The notes beneath the pieces are model-generated. The model saw only the letters and a list, made by a program, of their open reading frames with translations, searched no databases and was not told where the DNA came from. From positions 16,028 to 80,027 of the IMG/VR virus record IMGVR_UViG_3300027762_000003: a stretch of DNA of 64,000 nucleotides; one strand, written 5' to 3'. This stretch comes from a virus. Shown piece by piece: positions 37,049 to 47,183 of this stretch. A program made the position numbers and the translations under genes. How positions within the stretch are numbered: the first letter of the stretch is position 1; each line of letters starts with the position of its first letter.

Positions 37049-38938
37049 TTAAAAATTAGTAGATCTCAATAACTCCAGTTCCCTCTCGCGTTTCTTACCT
37101 TCAATTAACTGCTGACTAAAATACTCATACTCTTTTAAGTCGAGCTTGACATTGATTTTCGCTATCTGTTCAGTAGCGTATTGAATGCGCTTTTTGCAGA
37201 TCAATTTTTCCACAGTTAACACCGCTTTCTCGATTGAAAGAATAGGCTTTTGAATATCCGATAAGTGTTTTTCCTGTAGGCATAATAATCTGTGGTACTG
37301 CTCACCAGCCTCTATGTATTCCAGTTCACTTTGCAGCCTAGAGATTAAATCGGTAGAGTCTATGGGCAGGCTTTCTTGTAATTCCTTGATCTGATTCCAG
37401 AGCGCTTGATGGTGGGGATACTGGAACGAGAGACGACGATCTCTCACAACCCGCAAGAAATAATCACGCGCTTCAGGTGCGTGGAGGTAGATTCGCAAAA
37501 TCAGACTCTCGGCTTCAAGTAGTAACCGGTCTTCTGGGTTGGACTCGATTTTGATTTTCGGAATACTGGGATTACTTCTAGATTGGGGAATGTGGCGTAA
37601 GCGCTGCACTTGCCTTGCCAAGTCTGCGGTAATCAATTTGAGGCGATCGCTGTTACCCCGGCTTAGATACTCACTACAGACCCCAATATAATAATTCCGC
37701 ATAGTAGGGTCATCGATTTTGCTTAAGACTTTTACCCAAGCTTGCGCTACCTCTTGGAATTCGTGAGCAGAACCGAGATCCTTACCTTTCATGGTTTGCT
37801 CAATCTGCCAGTCAATCCAGAGGGAAGCTTTCTGCACCAGGTCTAAATAGGCTTGATTTCCTGAAGATTTCAGAAACTCATCAGCATCTTTACTTTGGGG
37901 GAGACTAAGAATGCGAAGTTGGATTTGCCCTTGATAGACTAGATCCGCAATCTCTGAAATAGCGCGCCCTGTGGCCGTGGTTCCTGCTTGGTCGGTATCA
38001 AAATTGAGGATGATTACCTTGGAGTACCGAGCCAACCTCTTGATTTGGGAGCTACTCAATGCAGTACCCAAAGACGCGACAGACTCGGAAACGCCGGAGG
38101 CATGGAGGGCAATCGCATCGAAGTAACCCTCGACCACAATAGTCCGATCCTGCTTGACGATCGCCTTCTTGGCTTTGTCGAGTCCAAACAGCAGATTCCC
38201 CTTTTCAAAGATGGGGGTTTCTGGAGAATTCAGATACTTTGGCTTTGCATCCCCTAACGCTCTTCCCCCGAAGCCCACAACCCGCCCCTGGATATCGCAA
38301 ATGGGAATCATTAGGCGATCGCGGAACCGGTCATAATAACCAGAGGATTTGCGCTTAATCACCAACCCCGCTTTCTCAACCACGCTTACCGGATATCCCT
38401 TGACCTCTACCAAGTGGCGATAGAGGTCTTGCCACTCATTTGGTGCATAGCCCAATCCGAATCCCTGGATCGTCTCCCTGGACAAACCTCGCTGTTCCTG
38501 TAGGTAAGTTAGCGCTTTTGTCGCGTTGGGTTGATGTAGGGCATGTTGGAAAAAGTTGGCGGCGATCGCCATAACCTCAAACAACTGTTCATTCAGGGAT
38601 AACTGTCGTTGAAACTCCTTACTGTCCTGATTATCCATTGTGCGGATGGGGACTTCGTAGCGTTTTGCCAGATCTAAGGCTACTTCCCCAAACGAGCGAC
38701 TATCCAACTGTTTCAGGAAGCTAATGGCATCCCCACCCGCGCCACAGCCGAAGCAGTGAAAAACCTGCTTAGTCGGGCTAACGGTAAAGCTTGGACTCCT
38801 TTCGTCATGGAACGGACACAACCCGGCAAACTCACGCCCCTGTTTCTTCAGTACCACCCGCTCCGAGATGATCTCGACAATATCAATCCGTTGCTTGATT
38901 TCTTCAATGGTGTCGGGGTGGAGTCTAGGGATATTCAT
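37049..38938 (-). CDS. dnaG: DNA primase, bacterial (cyanobacterial-like) type
   Basis: MNIPRLHPDTIEEIK start, CPFH...CFGC zinc finger, DRFRDRLMIPI, KYLNSPET, VVEGYFD, FDTDQAG, KDADEFL. Confidence 0.96.
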   Translation of the reverse strand: MNIPRLHPDTIEEIKQRIDIVEIISERVVLKKQGREFAGLCPFHDERSPSFTVSPTKQVFHCFGCGAGGDAISFLKQLDSRSFGEVALDLAKRYEVPIRTMDNQDSKEFQRQLSLNEQLFEVMAIAANFFQHALHQPNATKALTYLQEQRGLSRETIQGFGLGYAPNEWQDLYRHLVEVKGYPVSVVEKAGLVIKRKSSGYYDRFRDRLMIPICDIQGRVVGFGGRALGDAKPKYLNSPETPIFEKGNLLFGLDKAKKAIVKQDRTIVVEGYFDAIALHASGVSESVASLGTALSSSQIKRLARYSKVIILNFDTDQAGTTATGRAISEIADLVYQGQIQLRILSLPQSKDADEFLKSSGNQAYLDLVQKASLWIDWQIEQTMKGKDLGSAHEFQEVAQAWVKVLSKIDDPTMRNYYIGVCSEYLSRGNSDRLKLITADLARQVQRLRHIPQSRSNPSIPKIKIESNPEDRLLLEAESLILRIYLHAPEARDYFLRVVRDRRLSFQYPHHQALWNQIKELQESLPIDSTDLISRLQSELEYIEAGEQYHRLLCLQEKHLSDIQKPILSIEKAVLTVEKLICKKRIQYATEQIAKINVKLDLKEYEYFSQQLIEGKKRERELELLRSTNF

Positions 38939-38976
38939 GGGAAGTCCGGAGGGCGATCGGGTATAATATAGAAGTG

Positions 38977-39177
38977 CCCCCGCGATGTAATCAGCAACCG
39001 AGGGCGTGACCCATCTAGAACAAGTAGACAGGTATGAATAAGTTAAGATATTTTGACGGAATCCGCTATGGGGAATACCGCGATCTTGAGGTATTGGTTG
39101 GTCGTCTTTGGGGAGGGCGATCGGTAAATGTCCATAATGCCTACTCATGCCCGCCTATGTCGGTTTGTGTCCATTGA
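38977..39177 (+). pseudogene. Structured leader (copy C) followed by a 47-codon antirepressor-like stub
   Basis: TATAAT, then CCCCCGCGATGTAATCAGCAACCGAGGGCGTG..., then ATG at 39034 reading MNKLRYFD (compare BRO gene MNKLSVFD); stop at 39177. Confidence 0.5.
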
Positions 39178-39235
39178 TATGTCCGTATGTATTTGGCGTG
39201 CGATAATGGACGCATTAATTTAGTTATTTAGCCTT

Positions 39236-39610
39236 ATGGCAAAAAAATCTAGGTTCACCAACACTCAGAAGAGAACTATCTTAGTTGAGTCTGTCGCTCT
39301 TGGTGATAGTGCTACGGCAAAAAAATATAATATAGACCCTAAGACACTGTTTCGATGGCGAAAAGAGATAGATCAAGAGGAGTTAGATAGAGCCATAGAA
39401 GAGGCTGGCCCATTTTCGACAGAATTCAACGAAACCCTCAAACTCTCCACTCAATTCCTGAATGAACTCCTGAAGAAGGCGATCGTTAATATCCAGAACA
39501 TGAATGACCAAGGGGAGTCCAGGGCGATCGCCGCCTACCATGGATTATTTAAGGCGTGTGCCGATCTTAATATCCTGAAAGAGTTAGAACGAGACTCAGA
39601 GGATGATTAG
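39236..39610 (+). CDS. terS: Terminase small subunit (HTH)
   Basis: TAKKYNIDPKTLFRWR; overlaps the start of terL. Confidence 0.7.
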   Translation: MAKKSRFTNTQKRTILVESVALGDSATAKKYNIDPKTLFRWRKEIDQEELDRAIEEAGPFSTEFNETLKLSTQFLNELLKKAIVNIQNMNDQGESRAIAAYHGLFKACADLNILKELERDSEDD

Positions 39611-41093
39611 CATACAAGCCAGAATTAATGAAAAGCTTAATCGGAGGCGACAAAAACGCAGAGAAGGCAGGAGGTCACCACTAATTAAGCTTGAGCAAGC
39701 GATCTCCGACATCGATGGGCCAGTTGATTTCACACGCCAGATTCTTGGCATCAAGCTCTACCCCAAACAAGAAGAACTCTTAGCCGCGATCTGGCAACCT
39801 GGAGTTACCCACGTGGTGTTGTCACTCGGCAGACGTTCCGGTAAGACCACCATGGCGGCTATTTGTGCGGTTTATGCTGCAATCTGCTTGGGCGATCGCT
39901 ACCGTAAAGCGCTTGGTCTACGCTCCACGTTTAATATCCTCTGTATCGCCAACAAGGAGGCACAATCCAAAGTCGCGCTAGGGATGATTAGGGACTTAAT
40001 TCAGAAAGCGCCCCTACTCAAACCCTTAATCAAGCGCCAAGCAATGGAAACCCTAGAACTAACCAACGGGGCAATCTTTACGGCATCCCCCGCCTCATCT
40101 AGGGGTATCCGTGGGGAAGCATCACCCCTAATTATTTTCGATGAGTTGGCTCACTCCCTCGACACATCCGGAAACGCAGCCGGTGACCAACTCTATCAAG
40201 CGGTGGCTCCTGGCGCTGCTCAGTTCGGGAAGTACGCCAAGATTCTTATGCTTTCTACCCCATGGATTCAAGGGGGAATTTTTTGGGACTTCTATAACCA
40301 AGGGCAATCCCCCGATTACCCGTCCACGTTCTCTATTTCCTTGCCAACATGGGAAGTTAACCCCCATCTACCCTATGATGGGGAATTCCTCAAAGAAGAG
40401 CGCGATCGCGACCCATGGTCATTTAACATCGAGTACGGCGCTAACTTTGCCTCACCCGTAGGCGCTTTTCTCTCGTCTGATGACGTGGAAGCGTGCATAC
40501 TCAGAGAACATGCCAACCCCACCCCAACGAAGTCAGACCACTACTACACCCTTTCTCTTGACCCTGCTAAAGGTGGGCGGGATGAGTATGTAGCCTGCAT
40601 CCTCCACTGGGAAAAGGATGAGTGCATAGTCGATCGCTGGTATGTATTTGAGCCATCCGTCCAGGATGGTAAGCGGAAACTCGTAAGCGTGGAAGAAGTA
40701 GAGAATTGGATTATCGAGAGCGATCGCCGCTACCGGTTCCACAAGATTATCCTCGACCAGTACAACAGTCAAAGCACTATACAGAGCCTAAAGAAGCGCG
40801 GGTTACCTTGCCGTGAACTTCATTGGTCAGCCAAGTCGGTGACGGAAGCCTACACCAAACTAAGAAACCTGGTCATCTCTGGCAACCTAAACCTGTACCG
40901 GCACAAGAAGGCGATCGAACAGTTGAAGGGATTAATTGTGAGGTACAACAGCGTAGGCACAATGTCTATTAGCGGCGGTGACGGTGCGGGGGTTGACGAC
41001 TACTGCGCTGCTCTTGCCGGCGCTGTGTTGGTGAGTACGCCACCCAGACCGCCAGGGCGATCGGGTACGTTCTCGATGAGTATGTGGGGGTGA
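39603..41093 (+). CDS. terL: Terminase large subunit
   Basis: LYPKQ, GRRSGKT, IIFDE, LSTP, SLDPA, ILDQY, GVDDY. Confidence 0.93.
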   Translation: MISIQARINEKLNRRRQKRREGRRSPLIKLEQAISDIDGPVDFTRQILGIKLYPKQEELLAAIWQPGVTHVVLSLGRRSGKTTMAAICAVYAAICLGDRYRKALGLRSTFNILCIANKEAQSKVALGMIRDLIQKAPLLKPLIKRQAMETLELTNGAIFTASPASSRGIRGEASPLIIFDELAHSLDTSGNAAGDQLYQAVAPGAAQFGKYAKILMLSTPWIQGGIFWDFYNQGQSPDYPSTFSISLPTWEVNPHLPYDGEFLKEERDRDPWSFNIEYGANFASPVGAFLSSDDVEACILREHANPTPTKSDHYYTLSLDPAKGGRDEYVACILHWEKDECIVDRWYVFEPSVQDGKRKLVSVEEVENWIIESDRRYRFHKIILDQYNSQSTIQSLKKRGLPCRELHWSAKSVTEAYTKLRNLVISGNLNLYRHKKAIEQLKGLIVRYNSVGTMSISGGDGAGVDDYCAALAGAVLVSTPPRPPGRSGTFSMSMWG

Positions 41094-41105
41094 CCCCACT
41101 ACTGC

Positions 41106-41828
41106 CTAGCAGCAAAGGTAGGAGAGAAATTGCCCTCCGTTACCTTCCCAGATTGTCGATTTGGCTCCTTCTAGGACAAGGTATCGGACTGTCCGGATCA
41201 TGGTTTCCCAGTCTTCTACCGGAAAGCTCATTAAAAGTCTTTCCTCTAACTTTAGCCGTCCTATAGAGTCCACCTCTACAGCCCCAAAGGGGACGTGACG
41301 TTTCCCCAATGGTATGTCTTCCCCACCGGCAGTTGCCAGGATTACCTTGGCTCCAGACCTTAGCTCAGGGGCGATCGCCTCGTAGTTGGCGTTTAGCCAG
41401 TGGGCGACATCCCCACTCATCAATCCATTGCTGGCAATTTCCGCCAGTAGGTCGGTAATCTCTAATCCATCCTTGGACTCTAACACCATGGACAACCGTC
41501 CATCGATTCGCGCGGTAGCGATCGCGTACCGGATACCGTAGGCAGCTTCACGGAGAGAGTCTCCACACCGGAAAAGCTTGTAGACCAAGTCGGTCACTCG
41601 CTCCATATCCGAATTTCGGACATCTACCAGGCTTAACCCGTAGCCTGCTAGGGCTTCTAGAGCCTGTGCCTTTAGCGCTGCTTTGGCGCTAAAGGATTTG
41701 AAGCTTACGAACCGCGCCCCAATCCCGGAGGCAACCACAAACCAGCAATTAGCCCATTTTTCTACCCGCTTGATAGCAGTGACCTCTACAGATAGGATGT
41801 TAGCGAATTGAGAGAAGAAGTTAAACAT
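41106..41828 (-). CDS. Hypothetical protein
   Basis: 240-aa ORF with promoter TTGACA-N17-TATTAT at 41877-41905. Confidence 0.65.
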   Translation of the reverse strand: MFNFFSQFANILSVEVTAIKRVEKWANCWFVVASGIGARFVSFKSFSAKAALKAQALEALAGYGLSLVDVRNSDMERVTDLVYKLFRCGDSLREAAYGIRYAIATARIDGRLSMVLESKDGLEITDLLAEIASNGLMSGDVAHWLNANYEAIAPELRSGAKVILATAGGEDIPLGKRHVPFGAVEVDSIGRLKLEERLLMSFPVEDWETMIRTVRYLVLEGAKSTIWEGNGGQFLSYLCC

Positions 41829-41920
41829 TGGGGAACCTCGTAGGATAAAGGGCTGTAGCCGTTTGGTTATATTTCTATAATAGTATAATGTTTCGCTATT
41901 GTCAAGCAGTTTACCAAAAG

Positions 41921-41946
41921 AAAAACCCGGTAGTTAACCGGGTTTT
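41921..41946. terminator. Terminator family with GTTAAC-containing hairpin
   Basis: AAAACCCGGTAGTTAACCGGGTTTT; related hairpins near 42648, 42695, 47405 and 47716. Confidence 0.7.
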
Positions 41947-41963
41947 GATTTAGCGAATTAAGA

Positions 41964-42305
41964 TCAAAGCTTGTTCCATTCCTTGGGGAAGAACCCAGGA
42001 TCTGCAATCATTGCTTGTCTATGTTCCTCGGCTTCTCTGCGTGCTTGTGGACTGTTCCAGTCAAATCCCTTCATAAAAGGGTTTTCCTTAACTTTGTAAG
42101 CGCGACAAAGATAGTCGTCATTGGGCGCGTGTTTCCTCACGAATTCGGTGCAGTCTTCCAGCTTTTCAACATAGAAAAGCGCGTCTTTGATCCCTTTAGG
42201 GGTTTTGGGGAACTCGTGAGTCTTGCCCGTCCGATCTTTTACGAACACTCGTTCGCCGACAGTCTTGATACATCCTTGTTTTACGTTGGGAGTTTTAGCA
42301 GCCAT
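41964..42305 (-). CDS. Hypothetical protein
   Basis: Own promoter (42338-42366), GAGG RBS and terminator. Confidence 0.65.
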   Translation of the reverse strand: MAAKTPNVKQGCIKTVGERVFVKDRTGKTHEFPKTPKGIKDALFYVEKLEDCTEFVRKHAPNDDYLCRAYKVKENPFMKGFDWNSPQARREAEEHRQAMIADPGFFPKEWNKL

Positions 42306-42337
42306 GATTTAGTCCTCTTTGTTTTGTCTATATCTAT

Positions 42338-42420
42338 ACAATAAGGGAATGTTTCGCTATTGTCAAGCAGTTCAGTAAATCAGATCTAGCATTGACAATA
42401 GCCAGATATATGAGTATTAT
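42338..42420. promoter_or_regulatory. Back-to-back sigma70-type promoters
   Basis: Minus strand TTGACA-N17-TATTGT (42366-42338); plus strand TTGACA-N17-TATTAT (42392-42420). Confidence 0.75.
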
Positions 42421-42446
42421 AGAGTTATAGATGAACGGAGAACACC

Positions 42447-42629
42447 ATGAACTACACAACCATTGAAGAAATCAAAACCCTGAGCAAGAAAGACGCTTTA
42501 GCGCTACGCAAGGACTATCTGAAAGAGATCCCCTTCTACGTTTCGATGGGCGGCGATCGTGATGAGACTGCTGTAGAGATGAGGTTGGTAGTTGGGCTTA
42601 TAGATAGCCTCTACCCCAGGAAAAAATAA
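42447..42629 (+). CDS. Small hypothetical protein
   Basis: Promoter, GGAG RBS and terminator near 42648-42673. Confidence 0.65.
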   Translation: MNYTTIEEIKTLSKKDALALRKDYLKEIPFYVSMGGDRDETAVEMRLVVGLIDSLYPRKK

Positions 42630-42756
42630 AGGGAAATAAAGAAAAGTAAATCGGGGTTAACCCCGATTTTTTTATTGGTTATATTTAGGCAAAGAAAAAC
42701 CCGGCGGTTAACCGGGTTGTAGTTCATGTCCCGTAGGCGGGGCTGATGGGATGGGG

Positions 42757-42999
42757 TTAACCGGGATATTCCCACTCTTCAAATACATTTAGTGATTCTT
42801 CAATAAGCTTCATATCGCGAATGTCTCGGCATTTGCACCGATTAATGTTAATACCGGGTACACGATAGGCGGGGGGTTCACTCCCCTCGATCAAGGTCGA
42901 GGGAGGGATCAGCGAGGCGATCGCCTCTTGCTCAGAATCCGCTTCTATAAATAACCGGTGGGTTACGATCTCTTTTATCTCTATAATATATCTAGCCAT
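42757..42999 (-). CDS. Small hypothetical protein
   Basis: Start MARYII follows ACAAAGAGGACAAAATC, the same RBS context as other cassettes. Confidence 0.6.
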   Translation of the reverse strand: MARYIIEIKEIVTHRLFIEADSEQEAIASLIPPSTLIEGSEPPAYRVPGININRCKCRDIRDMKLIEESLNVFEEWEYPG

Positions 43000-43027
43000 G
43001 ATTTTGTCCTCTTTGTTGTGTGTGTAG

Positions 43028-43113
43028 TATGTGGTCATGCCCTCAAAGGAGAGGGCGGTGAAAATCAGTATATGTGGTCATGCCCTCAAAGGAGAGGGCG
43101 GTGAAAATCAGTA
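43028..43113. repeat. 43-bp exact tandem duplication
   Basis: TATGTGGTCATGCCCTCAAAGGAGAGGGCGGTGAAAATCAGTA twice with no spacer. Confidence 0.92.
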
Positions 43114-43557
43114 GACGTAGTTTAGAGAATCGGCTTTCCAGCATCCGTGATCGCGATCGCCCCAGTAGATCTCCTCCTGCCCTCGCTGGTAGTCGTCATC
43201 ATCCCGTTGTGCTTTCTTGTAGCCAGCCATGTACGCCTGGCTGGTTTCTTGGGGTTCCAAGCCGGTCAACCAATCCTCGTACCCACGGCGGTGGGTACGG
43301 GCATAATCATCTGGGCGGTAGGCGAGTGCCACCTTGTAGCCCAGCTCATAAAACTTGAAAAAATATAAATTTTCTTTTTGGGTGTGCAGGGGGGAGAAGG
43401 GGCGGTAGGCGAGTGCGTCAGCCACAGCCTGACGCACAATGAGGGAACCGGGGCAGCGATCGTAGCGAGGCGAGAGGTGGTAACCGATGGTGGGGTCGGT
43501 GTAGATCGAAGAGTAGGTCGAGAGGTGAAGTGTGTTAGACTTGTCGTTAGAAGACAT
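43108..43557 (-). CDS. Hypothetical protein
   Basis: 149-aa ORF; promoter at 43635-43663 and a hairpin leader. Confidence 0.55.
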   Translation of the reverse strand: MSSNDKSNTLHLSTYSSIYTDPTIGYHLSPRYDRCPGSLIVRQAVADALAYRPFSPLHTQKENLYFFKFYELGYKVALAYRPDDYARTHRRGYEDWLTGLEPQETSQAYMAGYKKAQRDDDDYQRGQEEIYWGDRDHGCWKADSLNYVY

Positions 43558-43827
43558 GAGGTTTTACCTTTTGTTTGCGAGTGAGAGGGAAGCGAGACTT
43601 TGGTCGGTAGCGCTTCCCTTTCGTGTATATCTCTATAATAACTAAACATTTCGCTGTTGTCAAGTAGAAAAATAAAATTCATTCAAGTAAGCCGCAATCC
43701 TTTTGTGGGAAGGCGTTGAGGGCGATCGGTTGTGCTATAATAATCAAAAGCCCAGAGCGCAGGATTGCGGGAAACAATCCAGGCTCTATCACCGGGCTGG
43801 TCAACCTAGAACAAGTAGGCCAACTAC

Positions 43828-44547
43828 ATGGATTTTACCGAATTAGTGTCCAGCACACAACGTGCTGATGGTTTTGTCAACGCTACCAAGTGGTGTAAAG
43901 AATTTGGCTATGAAGTCAAAAATTGGAAGCGACTGCCTGAGACCAAGAAGCGAGCCAAAGCTTTACAGGATGAGGTTTTCAGGTTAACGGGTGAAAAAAT
44001 TACGCCCATTATTTCTGAGAATAAAGGACGTGCCGGATCGGTAACTTGGGTACATCCCATCATGGCTATCCACTTAGCCCAATACCTTTCCCCTGAGTTT
44101 GCCAACTTTGTCGCTGAAGTCTTTCAACGCTACCTTGAGTCCGATATCACCCTGGCTGATGAGATCGTGCAGCGCCAAGATGATCCAGAGCGGGTTAAGT
44201 GGCTGAAGGAGCGGATTGAGGGCAAGCTTGCACGTTTCTATTTCACTGATGTTCTGAAACGACATGGAGTCGGTGAAGTCAATCGGGGTCGGTATCGTGA
44301 GAACGGCTACGCTCTCTGCACCGAGGCAATCAACAAAACCCTTTTCGGCAAGACTGCCAAGCAGATCCGGGAAGAGCGCCAAGTCCAAGAAACCAGGGAC
44401 GGATTAAGCCGCGTGGAATTGGCAGCGCTCAACTTAGCTGAAACGATCGCCGCCGAAAATATCCGAGAGGGCGATCGCCGTGGCAATCGGCAGTGCCGGG
44501 ACAGTTGTCAGGACGCGGCATCAAGGGTGCGCCGCGTCTTTGATTAG
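43828..44547 (+). CDS. KilA-N domain protein
   Basis: RADGFVNATKWCK, TWVHPIMAIHLAQYLSPEF. Confidence 0.9.
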   Translation: MDFTELVSSTQRADGFVNATKWCKEFGYEVKNWKRLPETKKRAKALQDEVFRLTGEKITPIISENKGRAGSVTWVHPIMAIHLAQYLSPEFANFVAEVFQRYLESDITLADEIVQRQDDPERVKWLKERIEGKLARFYFTDVLKRHGVGEVNRGRYRENGYALCTEAINKTLFGKTAKQIREERQVQETRDGLSRVELAALNLAETIAAENIREGDRRGNRQCRDSCQDAASRVRRVFD

Positions 44548-44570
44548 CGGGTCACAGGTTCTCACCTAGT

Positions 44571-45077
44571 TCACTTCCCAACGAAGTGAACCCAACAACC
44601 CCCGTCTGGCATACAGGCTTCCTTGATTAGGGCGTAGGAGTAGTGCAGGTTTTTCCCTGATGCCTTAGTATCATAGCCGTCAGCCCACCACTCCCCCCAC
44701 GGGTCGTTTACAAAGAACCCCCTTTCGTCAAAACCCTTGACCACAATGATATGTCCAGAACTGGTGAAGTATCCGTGGATAATACAAGGTTTTTTTGCTA
44801 TTAAATGGTCTTTAATATCTTTAATCCGAGCGTCACTACGAAATTCATCTTTGTGTCCATAGTCTTTAATTAAAGAAGCTAAATCATGGGGACTGTGACG
44901 GTCTAGTCCATGGTCAAGGCAGTATCGGTAAAGCTCGTCTTCTAGTTGCTCATTGGGGTTTGCTGGTTTAACCCCATAGTAAAGCAAACACATTGCAACG
45001 CTCGACACATTACACGATCCGGATGGATTATATTCATTGTCTCGCTGTGATCTGTAGGGAACATCTAGATTAATCAT
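44571..45077 (-). CDS. C39-like cysteine peptidase (candidate endolysin)
   Basis: VPYRSQRDN...SCNVSSVAM, GHIIVVKG, VNDPWG. Confidence 0.8.
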   Translation of the reverse strand: MINLDVPYRSQRDNEYNPSGSCNVSSVAMCLLYYGVKPANPNEQLEDELYRYCLDHGLDRHSPHDLASLIKDYGHKDEFRSDARIKDIKDHLIAKKPCIIHGYFTSSGHIIVVKGFDERGFFVNDPWGEWWADGYDTKASGKNLHYSYALIKEACMPDGGCWVHFVGK

Positions 45078-45184
45078 AATTACCCCCCCACTTCTTATTC
45101 CCTTTAACTTAAATTCTAGAGACCTATATATATTATAGCTTCATCAAAAATGAACTAGAATAAAGGTATTTTATCTCTAAAAAT

Positions 45185-46528
45185 ATGCCCTATTCACCTG
45201 AAGTTAAATGGGATTTTTACCAAGGCGATCACGAAACAGCGATCGCCTACTGGAGTGGCCCCCGCCCATCCGAAACCCAACGCAGTGCCGACACATTTAA
45301 CCGGTATCTTGACCAGTCGATTAACACCTACAACATCATCAAGGAACTGGTGTCCCACTATGTGAACGCCTTAGTAGGTAAGCCATTCAACTATCCAGAA
45401 GATGAACTTCTATCTGAGTGGCTCCATACCCAAAGACGCTTATCCGCTTTCCGTCGTCGCGCCGACCCATTTATGGAGGCGGTCACACAAGCGCTAGTCT
45501 CTGGGCGATCGTTCATCCGCTTGTACACCCCGGAAAGATTCCAGAACTCTAAAAATTCCCTACTCCTAGTTACCCCGCACCTGTGCCATCTTCAAGACTC
45601 TAAGCCAGAGTACGATTCTGATGGATTCTTAAATCGATTCACCTATACCTATCGCGATTCAAAGGGCGGGCGAAAGCAAGAAGTATATTTCATTGATGAA
45701 TCGGGATACACTCACATCCTGGCTAATGGTGAGGAGATTATTGTCGATCGCCGTGGGATGATGCCTATCTTTGAGCTATCGGTCGATCCGGTAATCTCGG
45801 ATGCTGCCATCTGTGCCCAGAGAGCGCTTACCGTACTACTCACGATGTTAAATGAGTTTATCTGCTCTTCTGCCCTTCCTGAGCATATCGTCACCAATGC
45901 TCAAGTACCAGGTGAAATCATTGAAGATCCCGATCACCCTAGGGGACAACGGTTTGAGCCGAGACAAGATCTACTTGAGTTTGGGGCTAACCAGTTAGTG
46001 ATGCTCGATGGGAAACCAATCGGCGATCCAGATATGCCATCAGGGTTCACCAGTCCGTCCGTTTACTTCAAGGAACCGAGTAACCCGCAAACTTTTAGGA
46101 CTGCATTAGACATCCTCATGGAGACGGTTTATAGAGAGGCGGGATTGGGGCATTTACTGACGAGTGGAGATGGTTCATTGTCCGGGGTAAGTCGTGCCAC
46201 ACTAAAGTCCGACTTTGAGCTTCGACTAGGGAACTATAGGGAATATATTGAGGATTTCTTTAACGCTATTCTGGAGTATGTCTTGATTGAATTGGGGCAA
46301 AAAGACCCCTATGTAGAGACTCAATTAAATCTTGATACCGGGAATATTTTACCAGAGGAACGTAATGCAATCTTAGAGGAACTCAACTCAGGAATCCGAT
46401 CTCGTAGGTCTGCTATGCGGGCGCTCGGCATTGAAGACCCTGATGCAGAGGAGGAGCAAATACTACTGGAACAAAACCGGGATATGGGGGTGACCGATAT
46501 CCCGGATGAAGAAGCTACCCTCGATTAA
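45185..46528 (+). CDS. Portal protein
   Basis: 447 aa; N.IKELV...VNALVGKP, SGVSR, G..SRRSAMRALG..DPDAEEEQI (SPP1 gp6-like pattern). Confidence 0.8.
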   Translation: MPYSPEVKWDFYQGDHETAIAYWSGPRPSETQRSADTFNRYLDQSINTYNIIKELVSHYVNALVGKPFNYPEDELLSEWLHTQRRLSAFRRRADPFMEAVTQALVSGRSFIRLYTPERFQNSKNSLLLVTPHLCHLQDSKPEYDSDGFLNRFTYTYRDSKGGRKQEVYFIDESGYTHILANGEEIIVDRRGMMPIFELSVDPVISDAAICAQRALTVLLTMLNEFICSSALPEHIVTNAQVPGEIIEDPDHPRGQRFEPRQDLLEFGANQLVMLDGKPIGDPDMPSGFTSPSVYFKEPSNPQTFRTALDILMETVYREAGLGHLLTSGDGSLSGVSRATLKSDFELRLGNYREYIEDFFNAILEYVLIELGQKDPYVETQLNLDTGNILPEERNAILEELNSGIRSRRSAMRALGIEDPDAEEEQILLEQNRDMGVTDIPDEEATLD

Positions 46529-47183
46529 AGTTTAAGCGGGTTCTTTTTAGATAATCCCCAACTAGATCCTCTTTCTTGCTGGCCGGGCGATCGTTACTTG
46601 GTGCGCTTGGCAGCGATCGCTCCCGTGTTTGGGGTTCAGGTGATTCTCGCTTGAGCGCGGGGAGGAACATGCTGAGGGTCGGGTCACTGGCGATCGCCTG
46701 GGTTATTTCCTGAGATTGGTAATATGCTTTCCCTCCTGAAATCTCAATGCTGTCCACATCAATAGCCGAAATATTAGAGAGGATATTTGCATCAAACCCA
46801 GTTAGCCTACTCACCTCTTGCAGCGTGTATTTCCGGTTGATGGTTTGCAATTCTTGTCGGCTTTCCGCTAATTCATTCTTAGCCAGTTCCAAGTCTGATT
46901 TCATCCTTTGATTAGCCAGGTGTAAATCTCGTTTCTCTTGTGAGACTTTCTTCACTACCTGGTCAATGGAAATCGTCGGATCACTACCCTCTAATAGGCT
47001 TTGGATTTCTGATTGTGCGCTTGCCAACTCAGCTTCAGCCTTGCGCAACTTATCGTTCTTTTCCCTGATTTCACCAATAACTTTAGTCTTGCCGGATTCT
47101 AGTTCGGAAATTCGAGAGGCGATCGCGGTTTTTATTTCTTCATCCGCAATAGCCTCTAAGGCTTGTTCGTAATTGTAAGGCAT
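46515..47183 (-). CDS. Putative capsid scaffolding protein
   Basis: Coiled coil, Pro-rich linker and short terminal helix; lies between portal and capsid genes but inverted. Confidence 0.6.
   Translation of the reverse strand: MPYNYEQALEAIADEEIKTAIASRISELESGKTKVIGEIREKNDKLRKAEAELASAQSEIQSLLEGSDPTISIDQVVKKVSQEKRDLHLANQRMKSDLELAKNELAESRQELQTINRKYTLQEVSRLTGFDANILSNISAIDVDSIEISGGKAYYQSQEITQAIASDPTLSMFLPALKRESPEPQTRERSLPSAPSNDRPASKKEDLVGDYLKRTRLNFNRG

Noticed and set aside
38939-39148. 70-aa N-terminal extension of DnaG given in the ORF track
   Set aside because: Similarity to DnaG starts at MNIPRL (38938); the extension overlaps a plus-strand promoter, leader and stub.
43028-43113. Second CRISPR array
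   Set aside because: The two copies are directly adjacent with no spacer and do not resemble the array repeat.
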